From the NCBI GenBank assembly GCA_035758845.1, contig DASTVZ010000224.1:151-64150 (forward strand): a stretch of DNA of 64,000 nt. Direction: 5' to 3'. This stretch comes from Vicinamibacterales bacterium (lineage in GTDB: Bacteria; Acidobacteriota; Vicinamibacteria; Vicinamibacterales; 2-12-FULL-66-21). Below the pieces are notes generated by a model. It saw only the letters and a list, made by a program, of their open reading frames with translations. It was not told where the DNA came from and did no database searches. Shown piece after piece: positions 18,483 through 28,329 of this stretch; positions within the stretch are counted from its first letter, which is position 1, and each line of letters begins with the position of its first letter. The position numbers and the translations under genes were made by a program.

Positions 18483-20063
18483 TCAGCGACCCTTTGCGCG
18501 GCGCTCGTCGCGGCGGTCGGTGTCGCGACAGACAAAATTCGACGCGTCGTTGATGCTGCCCGTGCCGGCGTATACCGCAACTTCCGGGTACGGGCACAAC
18601 GGCCGTGTCCGATCGACGATCCTGTTGGCAGCATGGCTGGCAACGATCTGAGCCGGCGCCTGACCGCGTTCAACCCATTGCTCCAGCGCGGCCAGCATGT
18701 CGAATGTATTCGGTCCTTCCCCGCCGCCGCAGTGTCCCATGCCCGGCGCCATGAAGAGACGATAGGCGTGGTGAACTCTCGATCGACCGCCGAGTGCGTC
18801 CAGCACGCGCGAATAATACTGCGTGCTGTTGCCTGGAGAAATCTGCGGATCGCTCCACCCGTGGTACTGAATGAGCTTTCCTCCGCGATCCAGGAATGGC
18901 TTCAGATTCGGATCGAGCGCGTTGATCGTGCCGGCGTCGGCGTCTTCGGCGCGCGCGACGTCGCGATCGCCGCTGAACCGTGAGATCTCCCACGTCGGTT
19001 CGCGAAAGACGAGAAACCGAAAATGATCGAGCCCGGTGGCGCGAGCAGATGCGGTCCACCCGAGATCCGTCCACCCCAGCTCGCTTCCACGCTGCAGGGC
19101 CGTTATCTCGCGGGCCGTCGACGCATTCGTCATGGGCGAGTAGATCAGCCGCGCGGTCTCCACCTGTGCAGCCGTCAAACAACTCCTGTCGTCGGAACCC
19201 TGGCAACCAAGCGTGGCCGGATCGAACGTGCACCGACTGGGATTCTCGAGAAGTCCATCTTTCACGCCGTCGTCGGCGTCGCAGGCATCGAGGACGGCCT
19301 TGTGCAGTCGTTCACGATCTACGGCAAGCAGACGTGCGGCGTCGTGCTTCTCCACGTGCTGCGCAATGCGAACCGCTTGCGACGCACGCGAGGTCCAGTC
19401 GAGGGCCGGCGCGCCGGCGACAATCCCGTCGAAGTCATCGGGAAATCGCTGCGCCTCTTTCATGGCCTGACGGCCGCCTGCCGAGCAACCGTTCCAGTAC
19501 GAGTACTTCGGGCCGGCGTTGTAATACGTCGCAACGATTTTCTTCGCCGTCGTCGTCATCTCGTGGACGGCGCGCCACCCGAAATCAATGACCTTTTCAG
19601 GATGCCCCAACGCGAAGCTTGCGCTGCCACCGGTGTGTCCGGTGTCGGTAGAACTGGCGGCATAGCCCCGCCTGATCGCCGCCATCAACGCCGTATAGCC
19701 AATCGAGCCGTTGAAGGCGCCATTCCCGACCGCCTGAAATCTGCCGTTCCAGTCGGACGCTGGCAACCAGACTTCGATCTTGATATCGGAATCGCTCGTC
19801 GGTTTGAGTGTTGCGGCGACACGACAGAACGCGGGCAACGCCCGGACCGCGTCGCCGTTGAGCTGCACCGGCGCATTGAACGCTCCCGCTTGAACGCTTT
19901 CAGCCAGATTGATGGTGACACCGGGCAGCGTGATTCCCGAGAGCGCTTCGCACGATCCCGCGGCGTCGAGAGACTGACGCGCAATTGCGGTCGCAACGGC
20001 CAGCGACGCGAGCGCGGCGATGACCATCCTGACCAGCGATGTCCGCAGATCCGGAGCGTTCAT
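18483..20063 (-). CDS. tannase/feruloyl esterase family alpha/beta hydrolase
   Basis: GCSAGGRQAMKEAQRFPDDFDGIVAGAPA, conserved Cys pairs and a signal peptide. Confidence 0.85.
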   Translation of the reverse strand: MNAPDLRTSLVRMVIAALASLAVATAIARQSLDAAGSCEALSGITLPGVTINLAESVQAGAFNAPVQLNGDAVRALPAFCRVAATLKPTSDSDIKIEVWLPASDWNGRFQAVGNGAFNGSIGYTALMAAIRRGYAASSTDTGHTGGSASFALGHPEKVIDFGWRAVHEMTTTAKKIVATYYNAGPKYSYWNGCSAGGRQAMKEAQRFPDDFDGIVAGAPALDWTSRASQAVRIAQHVEKHDAARLLAVDRERLHKAVLDACDADDGVKDGLLENPSRCTFDPATLGCQGSDDRSCLTAAQVETARLIYSPMTNASTAREITALQRGSELGWTDLGWTASARATGLDHFRFLVFREPTWEISRFSGDRDVARAEDADAGTINALDPNLKPFLDRGGKLIQYHGWSDPQISPGNSTQYYSRVLDALGGRSRVHHAYRLFMAPGMGHCGGGEGPNTFDMLAALEQWVERGQAPAQIVASHAANRIVDRTRPLCPYPEVAVYAGTGSINDASNFVCRDTDRRDERRAKGR

Positions 20064-20549
20064 TTACCGAACAACGACTGCCGCAGGCGCGTCGCCGCGT
20101 TTTCTAGGCATGTTGTCGATTCGCACGATCCATTTGAACGCGCGCTCGGCAGCATCCTTGGCCGCACGGCTCCAGTACCCGGATGCCACGCCCTTGACGT
20201 CCGTTTCATGCTCGCCGAATTTCAGATGCACGCGGATGAGCACATCGCCCAGGGGCGTTACTGACGCGCCGCCGAATCCTCCTCCCGCCTGGGTTCTCTC
20301 GCGCTCAATCACTTCGACGAGGACGGTCGCCTCCGCTGCGCTGGTCACCATGACGAGGCCGGCTTTGCGGCCGAGCGCCTCGCGCACATCCTTCACGGAA
20401 TCGAGTCGTCCCTGCTCTTCTTCGGTCGGGGTCTTATCCTTGGGGTCGGCGGTGAAGACGAACACGCGAGGAGCGGGTGACGAGGATTGATTGGCGACGA
20501 GGCCGGCGCTCAGTGCGAGAGCGGCGGCGATGATGAATGAGGTTCGCAT
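20064..20549 (-). CDS. secreted hypothetical protein
   Basis: Start ATG 20549 (MRTSFIIAAALALSAGLVA). Its stop abuts the start of the tannase gene. Confidence 0.55.
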   Translation of the reverse strand: MRTSFIIAAALALSAGLVANQSSSPAPRVFVFTADPKDKTPTEEEQGRLDSVKDVREALGRKAGLVMVTSAAEATVLVEVIERERTQAGGGFGGASVTPLGDVLIRVHLKFGEHETDVKGVASGYWSRAAKDAAERAFKWIVRIDNMPRKRGDAPAAVVVR

Positions 20550-20553
20550 GACT

Positions 20554-21039
20554 TCAGCCCTGGAGCGACGGGGACCCATTCGTCCGTCCAGAATGGGCCG
20601 GCGGGCGTGGCACTAAGTAATTTACCCGATCAGGAGATGCGCTGAAATCGGAAATGCCATCCGCTTCTCTGCCGTCTCGTACGTCGCCAGAGCGCCGCAG
20701 CAGATCGGAATCGTGGCTCGTCATCTCGTGTTCGTCGCGAGGGTTGAACATCACGATCTCCCTCGTGCCAAAGCGAAACGTGAAAGGTTCGAAGAGCACC
20801 TTATACGACTCGCCGTTCTTTTCGTACTGATATCCTCGGATACCGATGACCGCCGGTCGATAGTCCCCCCAGAGAGCCACAAGCGACATGGGGTACTCGC
20901 CGTGTGCTTGACGGTACCGTTCGATGTCGCCGATCAACGAAGCGGATCGTACCCGCCGGGCAGGAACGGCAGGAGCGTAGAGAAGATGATGACAGCGACC
21001 GTCACGATTAGGCCGACGGCGTGAGCGCTCATTTCCCAC
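20554..21039 (-). CDS. hypothetical protein; 5' end uncertain and possibly frameshifted
   Basis: The protein-like part starts near SLIGDIERYRQAHGEYPMSL. The first 30 or so codons of the listed ORF are Arg-rich noise. A TM helix is encoded in another frame just upstream (see findings). Confidence 0.4.
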   Translation of the reverse strand: MGNERSRRRPNRDGRCHHLLYAPAVPARRVRSASLIGDIERYRQAHGEYPMSLVALWGDYRPAVIGIRGYQYEKNGESYKVLFEPFTFRFGTREIVMFNPRDEHEMTSHDSDLLRRSGDVRDGREADGISDFSASPDRVNYLVPRPPAHSGRTNGSPSLQG

Positions 21040-21224
21040 CGCCTGCTAACCTCGCATCCGTCACAACCATTCGGCCACTGCAACGATCCATACTGCGGCG
21101 GGGACGAGAATCGCCTGCGCGAGCACCGTGCCCACCAGCCGCGTTCCCGTGAGCACCACAACCGATCGACGGAAGAAAAACGAAGGTCAGTGCGCAAATG
21201 ATCAACAGGCCTGAATCCATACCG

Positions 21225-21548
21225 TTACTCTTCAGCGTCACGACCTCTCCACCTCGGGCCATCCCACGCACCGGGCGGCCGGTAATGAAACCGGATCAGG
21301 TAGACGTTGTCGCCGGGGCCGTGCTTTGCTACCTGCAGCAGGTCGTCGACGCTCGCGAAGCCTGACTCGCGCGCGAGGTCGCAGGTAATGTCGTCCATTG
21401 AGATTGGCGTAATGGAGTCAACGACGATGTGACCATCGTCCATCTGATATCGATTTCCAGCCTTCACGTGCGGGCGCGTCCACACGCGCACGCTACATCG
21501 GATCCGGCCGCGTCGGATTCCTTCACGAAGGCGTTTGGTGAAGACCAT
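21225..21548 (-). CDS. ASCH-domain-like protein
   Basis: Start ATG 21548 (MVFTKRLREGIRRGRIRCSVRVW). Family call from motif memory only. Confidence 0.6.
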   Translation of the reverse strand: MVFTKRLREGIRRGRIRCSVRVWTRPHVKAGNRYQMDDGHIVVDSITPISMDDITCDLARESGFASVDDLLQVAKHGPGDNVYLIRFHYRPPGAWDGPRWRGRDAEE

Positions 21549-21607
21549 CTCACTCCAGGCGTCTGCTGGCCGAAATCGGCGCCCGCGCAAGCGAGGAAGA
21601 ATTGGCG

Positions 21608-23107
21608 CTACTGTCCACTCCCTCGCCCGCCGCGCCCTTGACCCTGGGTCGGAAACTCCAGATCGACAGGCCAGCCGGCGACGAACACGTGACGAATGCG
21701 CGGGCTGTCGAGCAGATTGCCGTCCGTGACGATCACATTCGCAATCTTCCCTTTCTCGATCGTGCCGAGCCGATCGCCGGCACCCGCGAGCCTGGCGGCG
21801 TTGACGCTGAGCGCCTTGAGCGCCGAGTCTTCGGATAATCCCCCTTCCTTCACCGTGCGCCCGACGCTGCGCACGAAGTCGACGGGATTCTGCAGTCCGC
21901 CGGTGGTGAACGCGAATGGGATCCCGGCCTTCTCGAGCGCAGCCGCGACTCTGACGGCGCTCTGACGCATGTGAGTCACGCGAATCGGCGTATCAACTTC
22001 TCCGCCGCCGCGGCCACCGCCGAACCCACCGCGTCCGCTTCCCCCGATCGCCTGGAAGTTCGTCGACACGATCACTCGCGCCTTCGCCGCCTTGAGTTCG
22101 TCGAGGACGTTGGCCGCTTCGGCACCGCCCACGATGATCGGATCGAGATTGAATTCCTTGGCGAACTCGAGGGCGCGCACGATCTCGCGTTCCTCGATTG
22201 CCTCGAACGCGACCGGCATCTTGCGATCGAGCGCCGGCGCAAGGGCATCGAGCCCGGGCTCGAACCCACCCACTGCCGCATCCTTGTGACGCTCCATGAA
22301 CGCGCGCGCATCCTTCTGCCACTGCGCATCGAGAAACGCCTGCCGGGAGAACGCGATGACTCCGAGAAGCGCGCCCGGATACCCTCCGCCTCCGCCGCCG
22401 CCGCCTTCACCTCCGCCACCGCCGCGGCCGGTCGCAAACACAACGTGCTGTGCGACACCCGATCGCAGGACGACGCTGCCGCGCCGATAGGTCGCGAGCG
22501 CGCTGATCTCGTTGGGATCCGGCGGCGCGGTGATGTTGACGAGCGCGCTCTGCCCTCGAATGATTCCCTGAGCGGGAACAGCAAGCGCCGAGGTGATCCC
22601 CGCCGCCGCCAGCCGCCGCACCATATCGCCGTCGTAGACGACGATGCGCGATGCATCGACATCCGGATGTAGGAACCGGGTGCGCGCCTCGCGTTCCTGA
22701 TCGGCCCAGGTGATGCTGTCCGGGGTCGCGACCGTCGTACCGCGTCCGCGGCCAGTCGGAACGGGAGCCACATCATTGGCGGCAGCCGCGACGATGCCAC
22801 CTTCCACGATCGTGCTATTGGACATGTCGATGACGCCGGGATACACGGCGAGCCCGCTGCCATCAATCACCACAGCATCGGCTGGAGTCGCCACGGAAGG
22901 ACCGACGTCTTCGATCACACCATCGCGCAGTACGAGGGTGCCTTTTTCAATCGGCGCACCCGCAAGCGTGACGATGCGCGCATTGGTGATGGCGAAACGG
23001 GGAGCGCGAACCGGCATCTGGCCGCGCACCGTGAAGCCGGGCAGCGCCGTCGCGACAGCGGCGATGGCGATGACCACGAGTAATCGCGCAATACGGCGTG
23101 TCATCAT
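21608..23107 (-). CDS. secreted amidohydrolase family protein
   Basis: Signal peptide. ITNARIVT ... DGVIEDVG N-terminal amidohydrolase sandwich pattern. GAGGAGA Shine-Dalgarno 4 nt before the ATG. Confidence 0.8.
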   Translation of the reverse strand: MMTRRIARLLVVIAIAAVATALPGFTVRGQMPVRAPRFAITNARIVTLAGAPIEKGTLVLRDGVIEDVGPSVATPADAVVIDGSGLAVYPGVIDMSNSTIVEGGIVAAAANDVAPVPTGRGRGTTVATPDSITWADQEREARTRFLHPDVDASRIVVYDGDMVRRLAAAGITSALAVPAQGIIRGQSALVNITAPPDPNEISALATYRRGSVVLRSGVAQHVVFATGRGGGGGEGGGGGGGGYPGALLGVIAFSRQAFLDAQWQKDARAFMERHKDAAVGGFEPGLDALAPALDRKMPVAFEAIEEREIVRALEFAKEFNLDPIIVGGAEAANVLDELKAAKARVIVSTNFQAIGGSGRGGFGGGRGGGEVDTPIRVTHMRQSAVRVAAALEKAGIPFAFTTGGLQNPVDFVRSVGRTVKEGGLSEDSALKALSVNAARLAGAGDRLGTIEKGKIANVIVTDGNLLDSPRIRHVFVAGWPVDLEFPTQGQGRGGRGSGQ

Positions 23108-23115
23108 TGGTCTCC

Positions 23116-25803
23116 TCAGCGCGACATGTACTTCTTGAACAACTCGACTTGCGAGTTGTCGAGCGGCACGTCGCGCCCGGCGACGATCACGTGCCGTACC
23201 TGCGATCGGACTTCTAGTGGATCACCGGTGAGCACGACGAGATTGGCCACCTTGCCGGCGTCGATGCTGCCGACCTGACCGTCGACGCCGAGAATGCGCG
23301 CCGCGTCGAGCGTCAGCGCTTTGATCGCGTCATCGTGCGAGAGACCCCACGCGACGGCTCGCCCGGCCTGGAACGGAACGTCGCGCGAGAACTGGAAGCC
23401 GCCGCTCGAAAATGCAAACGTCACACCCGCCTTCGCCAGCGCCGCGGGCGTCTGATACGGGTAGGCGTGGAATTCATCTTCGCGCGGGGGCAGTGAAAGA
23501 ATGCTCGACAAGATCACCGGCACGTCGCGCTGCTTCAAGAGTGGCGCAATCTTTTGTGCGTCGGCGCCGGCCTGCAGCACGATGCGGATGTTCTGTCGAT
23601 CGGCAAGGGCGATCGCATCGCGCATCGTCTGCTCGGTGTTCGCAGCGACGTAGAGTGCCTGACGACGATCGAGCACCGGCAGAAATGGCTCGAGCGTCCA
23701 GTCGACTTGCCGAGTCGCCGGCTGTTTCGCGTAGACGCGCGCACGCTCGAGCAGCTGATTGAACGTCTTGATCGGATCGGGTCCTTGTGGCGGCGCGGCG
23801 GCGCCTCGTCCACCGCCTCCACCACCGCGGCCTCCGGTTCCGCCCGGATAGTTGAACGCCAGGCCGGCTGACGGCCGCAGCGTCGCCTCCTCCCACGTCC
23901 ATCCGTCGAGATTCATGACCGGAATCTCTCCACTGATCGTGCCGCCGCCTGGCCGCACGCCGATCGTCGTGATGCCTTCACTGCGCGTCACCGGAATGGC
24001 GATGCTGTCGGCCTTGTACGCCACGCGCGTGCGCAGCATCTGGTCGAAGGGCAGAATCTCGGTCACGTCGTCGTAGTTGCGGACACCGGGTTCGTTCAGT
24101 CCGATATCGGTACTCGCGTCGATCATCCCGGGAATCACGGTCGCGCCCTGCACATCCAGGGGTTTCGCGCCAGCTGGCACCGCCACGTTCGCGCCCACGG
24201 CTTCGATGCGATTGCCCTTGATGACAATCGATCCCTTCGGGATGACGGGACCAGAGACCGTCACGATGCGAGCGTTGGTGATCGCCCAGGTCGGGCCGTC
24301 GGCGTTGCCCTTGACGTCGAATCGTTCGGCCGCCGGCGCCGGGCGCGGTGACGCCTGTGAGCCGTTCGTCGAACCATCCGTCGTCTGCGGTCCATTGGAA
24401 GTCGACTGCGTTCCATTTGTAGATGCCGGCGATGAATCCGTCGTCGAACGTCCACTCTTCTCCCGTTGGATTTCGGTAATCCGCTGCAGGTCCTTCTCCC
24501 GGTCGTAATACGGGACGCCGTCGATGTAGCTGCGCTCGACAATGGCAGCTGTCGAGAGCGGGTGATGGTTCCAGATGACGACGTCGGCATCCTTGCCGAC
24601 CTCGATTGAGCCGACACGATTCTCGACCTTGAGTTGCTTCGCCGGATTGATCGTGACCATCGCGAACGCCTGTTCGTCGGTGACGTCTCCGTATCGCACC
24701 GCCTTGGCCGCCTCCATGTTCAGCCGCCGCGCCTGCTCCGCATCGTCCGAATTGATTGAGACGACCACCCCTTTGTGCGTCATCAACGAGGCGTTGTGAG
24801 GAATGGCGTCGGCCGCCTCCATCTTGTAGCCCCACCAGTCGGAGAACGTCGATGCGCCGGCATTGTGCGCGGCGATCTCCTTGGCCACCTTGTAGCCTTC
24901 GAGCACATGCTGAAAGGTCGTAATCTTGAAGCCCATCTCGTCGGCCAGGCGGATGAGCATCAGGATTTCGTCGGCACGGTAGCTGTGCGCGTGAACGAGG
25001 CGCTTGCTCTCGAGCACTTCAACGAGCGCGTCCAACTGCAGATCGCGGCGAGGCGCAAGGGCGTCCTGACCGCCCTTCTTTTTGGCATCGTAGTCCTGCC
25101 ACTCCTTGCGATACGCCTTCGCGCGCGTGAAGGCATCACGGATCACGTACTCCACACCCTGGCGAGTCGTGGGAAAACGCTGCGGGTTGCTCGGTGCCTG
25201 ACCGCGCTTGCGGGTCACGTTTTCGCCGAGAGCGAACTTGATGCCTGGGAGCGCTCCCTGAAAAACCAGATCGTTCGCGCGTCGCTTGCCATAGCGCAAT
25301 TTGATGACGACTGTTTTTCCACCGATCGCATTCGCGCTGCCATGCAGAATGTTGGCGGTCGTCGTGCCGCCAGCGAGATCGCGATAGATATTGATGTCGG
25401 TGGGATCGAGGACGTCCTCCATGCCGGTCATCGAGCTGACCGACACGGTCCCTTCATTGATGGCGTCGTTGGCGATGTGAGAGTGCGCATCGATAAGGCC
25501 AGGCGAGACGAACTTGCCGGTGGCGTCGTATACGTCCGCGCCGGACGGGATCGGCACGTTCGTGCCAACCGCGGCGATTTTGCCGTCGCGGATGAGGACG
25601 GTGCCGTTGTTGATCGTGCCGCGCGTGGCGGTGAGGATCGTTCCGTTACGAATGGCGACGACTGCCGGCGTCGCGCCCTGAGCCAACACCGGTGATGTCG
25701 CTTTCGTCGGCCCCTCCAGCACCAGAACAGCGACTGCACCGAGTGCGAGACAAGCGCATAACCAACGGCCAATCACGTAGACCTCCGACGAAAGAACGCC
25801 CAC
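23116..25803 (-). CDS. secreted two-module amidohydrolase family protein
   Basis: PGLIDAHSHIA metal motif. A second ITNARIVTVSG ... PGMIDAS module. Confidence 0.85.
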   Translation of the reverse strand: MGVLSSEVYVIGRWLCACLALGAVAVLVLEGPTKATSPVLAQGATPAVVAIRNGTILTATRGTINNGTVLIRDGKIAAVGTNVPIPSGADVYDATGKFVSPGLIDAHSHIANDAINEGTVSVSSMTGMEDVLDPTDINIYRDLAGGTTTANILHGSANAIGGKTVVIKLRYGKRRANDLVFQGALPGIKFALGENVTRKRGQAPSNPQRFPTTRQGVEYVIRDAFTRAKAYRKEWQDYDAKKKGGQDALAPRRDLQLDALVEVLESKRLVHAHSYRADEILMLIRLADEMGFKITTFQHVLEGYKVAKEIAAHNAGASTFSDWWGYKMEAADAIPHNASLMTHKGVVVSINSDDAEQARRLNMEAAKAVRYGDVTDEQAFAMVTINPAKQLKVENRVGSIEVGKDADVVIWNHHPLSTAAIVERSYIDGVPYYDREKDLQRITEIQREKSGRSTTDSSPASTNGTQSTSNGPQTTDGSTNGSQASPRPAPAAERFDVKGNADGPTWAITNARIVTVSGPVIPKGSIVIKGNRIEAVGANVAVPAGAKPLDVQGATVIPGMIDASTDIGLNEPGVRNYDDVTEILPFDQMLRTRVAYKADSIAIPVTRSEGITTIGVRPGGGTISGEIPVMNLDGWTWEEATLRPSAGLAFNYPGGTGGRGGGGGGRGAAAPPQGPDPIKTFNQLLERARVYAKQPATRQVDWTLEPFLPVLDRRQALYVAANTEQTMRDAIALADRQNIRIVLQAGADAQKIAPLLKQRDVPVILSSILSLPPREDEFHAYPYQTPAALAKAGVTFAFSSGGFQFSRDVPFQAGRAVAWGLSHDDAIKALTLDAARILGVDGQVGSIDAGKVANLVVLTGDPLEVRSQVRHVIVAGRDVPLDNSQVELFKKYMSR

Positions 25804-25900
25804 ACGGCGGGCGTGGCGGTAACTCTACCGTACAAGACAAGTGGATCGGCGCCGAGCCAACGCCCTGGCGCGCGTGCTTAAGAACGCATCAAGCCCGGAG

Positions 25901-26281
25901 CTACTGTCGTTCACCGAACCAGTAACACAATCCATCCGGCGCCACGACGTAGAACACCTTCCATGAGCTGCCGCCGTGCTCTTCGATCGAAAAGTCGGAG
26001 AGCTCCTTCTGTAGACCGTTGGTTTTGAATTCTGCGAATAACGACGACAGGTCCTTGACATGGAACGCACACCCATCCTGCGAGGAGTCGCCGCCGTTCT
26101 CTGCCAATCGCATCTGAATCTGGTCGCGAGCAAGCACGGCCGACTTATGCGGGACCGTGTCTCGACCCACAACTCGGAACCCGAGCACAGTTTCATAGAA
26201 AGGCAAAGCGGCGTCGACATCAGGAACCGGGAGGTTCATGTTGTCGCCTTGATAGCCAAACGCATTTTCGAGTGTTCCCAT
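25901..26281 (-). CDS. VOC (glyoxalase/bleomycin resistance) family protein
   Basis: DVDAALPFYETVLGFRVV. Confidence 0.8.
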   Translation of the reverse strand: MGTLENAFGYQGDNMNLPVPDVDAALPFYETVLGFRVVGRDTVPHKSAVLARDQIQMRLAENGGDSSQDGCAFHVKDLSSLFAEFKTNGLQKELSDFSIEEHGGSSWKVFYVVAPDGLCYWFGERQ

Positions 26282-26305
26282 CGGACGACCCGCCTTCCTT
26301 GACGA

Positions 26306-26788
26306 TCAACGTCCCGCCGATCCACCCACCCAATCGATGCCTCGACCTGTCGCCTGACGAATCCGCTCTGCGAGCTGTCCTGTGTGGTGCTGGAGGTGAC
26401 GCAGATTCACGAACTGATGCTCGAGCTTCGACATCTTGTACCAGGAGAAACCGCTTTCCGCCGCAGTCAGATCGAGACGATCGACGGCCGAATCAATCTT
26501 CTCGTCACACCGTTTGCAGTACGCACGGATTTCGTCAACCGAATAAGGAATGATCGACCCAGATTTGAAGGAATTGTACCCGGGGCGGTGATGCTCCCAC
26601 GGCACGAAAACCGATTCGGACGGCTGAAGATAGAGGTCGGTATAGAAGAGCGTATGGTAAGCCACGTGCCAGAACTGGTTGACGTACGATGCGTCGGTCC
26701 AAAGATCCGGCGGGCACGCATCAATCGCGTCGCGCAACATGGCGAGCGACGCGTGATACTGACTCTTGAGTACAGCCTGGACGGTCAT
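26306..26788 (-). CDS. DinB family protein
   Basis: 160 aa four-helix pattern with conserved His residues (HVAYHTLFY, LQHHTGQL). Confidence 0.8.
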   Translation of the reverse strand: MTVQAVLKSQYHASLAMLRDAIDACPPDLWTDASYVNQFWHVAYHTLFYTDLYLQPSESVFVPWEHHRPGYNSFKSGSIIPYSVDEIRAYCKRCDEKIDSAVDRLDLTAAESGFSWYKMSKLEHQFVNLRHLQHHTGQLAERIRQATGRGIDWVGGSAGR

Positions 26789-26818
26789 GCGGTCACTCCG
26801 TCATCGAACAAGCCGCGA

Positions 26819-27274
26819 TTACTTCACGAGATAAAACACATCCGTGCGAATCTGTGACGGATCCGCATCCCATTCGTTTTTCCAGTGACCGTAGATCTCC
26901 CATTTCGGACCGGCCAGTCGATGGTTCGCGCCCTGTGCCCACTCGTGAATGGCCTGGTGCGCGGCGCCGAGTCGGTGGTAGGGCCCGAGATGCGTCACCC
27001 ACGCGACGGTGCCGGCGGGCGTCGCCGAGCGAACGACCTCACCATCCTCCCTGAACGGTCCTTCCAGCTCGACACCGACTTCGAGCCGGATCGAATCGTC
27101 CCAGTAAACGGCGACATGCCGGCCTGCTTTCGTCCTCTGTGCACGGACTGCGTTCCACACGAGGCCGCAGCACTCAGGGACGACGCGCGATAACTCTGAC
27201 GAATGCGCCTGGCGGCGACGAACTGCGAGCGGAATGCTCTCGAGCTGTTGAAGGTGGACATGGTAGGTCGACAT
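26819..27274 (-). CDS. GyrI-like small-molecule-binding domain protein
   Basis: 151 aa with GPYHRLGAAHQAIHEWA ... EIYGHW. Confidence 0.75.
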   Translation of the reverse strand: MSTYHVHLQQLESIPLAVRRRQAHSSELSRVVPECCGLVWNAVRAQRTKAGRHVAVYWDDSIRLEVGVELEGPFREDGEVVRSATPAGTVAWVTHLGPYHRLGAAHQAIHEWAQGANHRLAGPKWEIYGHWKNEWDADPSQIRTDVFYLVK

Positions 27275-27388
27275 AAATCGGTGCCCCGTCCTCGGGCCGT
27301 GCTTCAGGGTTGCGTCGCCGTGCGGCTCCTTTTTGTCTCGTAAAGGACGATCGCGGCGTGACTGTGAACAGCGTTGATTAAAGATCGA

Positions 27389-27898
27389 TCACCCGGTGCT
27401 CAACCGCATTTCATTTGTCGCCACGAACCCCAGCCGCTCGTAAAGTCGCCGCCCATCGTCCGACGCGTGCAGCACGATGCGACGGATGCCGCGGGCTGCG
27501 AGGTCCTGCAGGAGCGCACGCATCAACGCGTCGGCCACGCCGCGTCTTCGCCACGTCGATTCGACGTAGACGTTGAGCACGATGGCCTCGGGTCCGAGTT
27601 CCAGATTGTCACTCCCGGGACGGGGCCGCGGCAGAATCGATCGCAGTTGAACGCCGGCTCCGCCAACGATCGCAGGATCTGCAGCGGATTGCTCGGCGAC
27701 CCACGCCAGGTACTCGCCACGCGGTAGCGCCTCGCGCAGGTAGGATGCCGTCGCGCGCTCCAAGGCATCCATCTGGTGCGCCGGGAGGGTTCCCATGTCG
27801 TGAAACATTGCCGCGCGATGGTACGCGAGAACAGCGATATCGTCGACTCTGGCCGGGCGCAGGTTGAACAACTGCGTGCGATCCGACAGCAGTGGCAT
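27389..27898 (-). CDS. GNAT family N-acetyltransferase
   Basis: Start ATG 27898 (MPLLSDRTQ). WRRRGVADALMRALL acetyl-CoA motif. Confidence 0.8.
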   Translation of the reverse strand: MPLLSDRTQLFNLRPARVDDIAVLAYHRAAMFHDMGTLPAHQMDALERATASYLREALPRGEYLAWVAEQSAADPAIVGGAGVQLRSILPRPRPGSDNLELGPEAIVLNVYVESTWRRRGVADALMRALLQDLAARGIRRIVLHASDDGRRLYERLGFVATNEMRLSTG

Positions 27899-27912
27899 CG
27901 TGTAAGGGATTT

Positions 27913-28329
27913 CTAAACGATCGGACTGCGCTCGCTGCGGTGCTGACGCCATCCAAGCCACAGCAGCGCGATGGCAACTGCCCAAAACCACACGTAGGCC
28001 GCCGGCAAGACGACGTACTCCAGCCGCAACCCTGCCGCCATATCCCGGCCAATGGCACGCTGCGCCCACACGCCGGCGATAAGCGCCAACGCCGAGACGC
28101 TACCCAGAATGCGGTGATGAGTTCGCCACAGACGCACGCTAACGAACGCCAACCAGGCGGCGCAGATCGCGAGGGCGGAGTACTCGACCGAGAACGTCGT
28201 TGCATTGTCGGTCGTGATGTCATCGAACGCCGCAAACACCAGCAGCAGTGCGATGATCGTAATCACGGCGTCCCGGACGACGCCGATTCCACCCGTTGGC
28301 CCGTCGGAACGATGATTTGTCATCAACAT
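27913..28329 (-). CDS. multi-pass membrane protein, hypothetical
   Basis: Four hydrophobic helices. The start ATG at 28329 or 28323 overlaps the upstream stop. Confidence 0.5.
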   Translation of the reverse strand: MLMTNHRSDGPTGGIGVVRDAVITIIALLLVFAAFDDITTDNATTFSVEYSALAICAAWLAFVSVRLWRTHHRILGSVSALALIAGVWAQRAIGRDMAAGLRLEYVVLPAAYVWFWAVAIALLWLGWRQHRSERSPIV

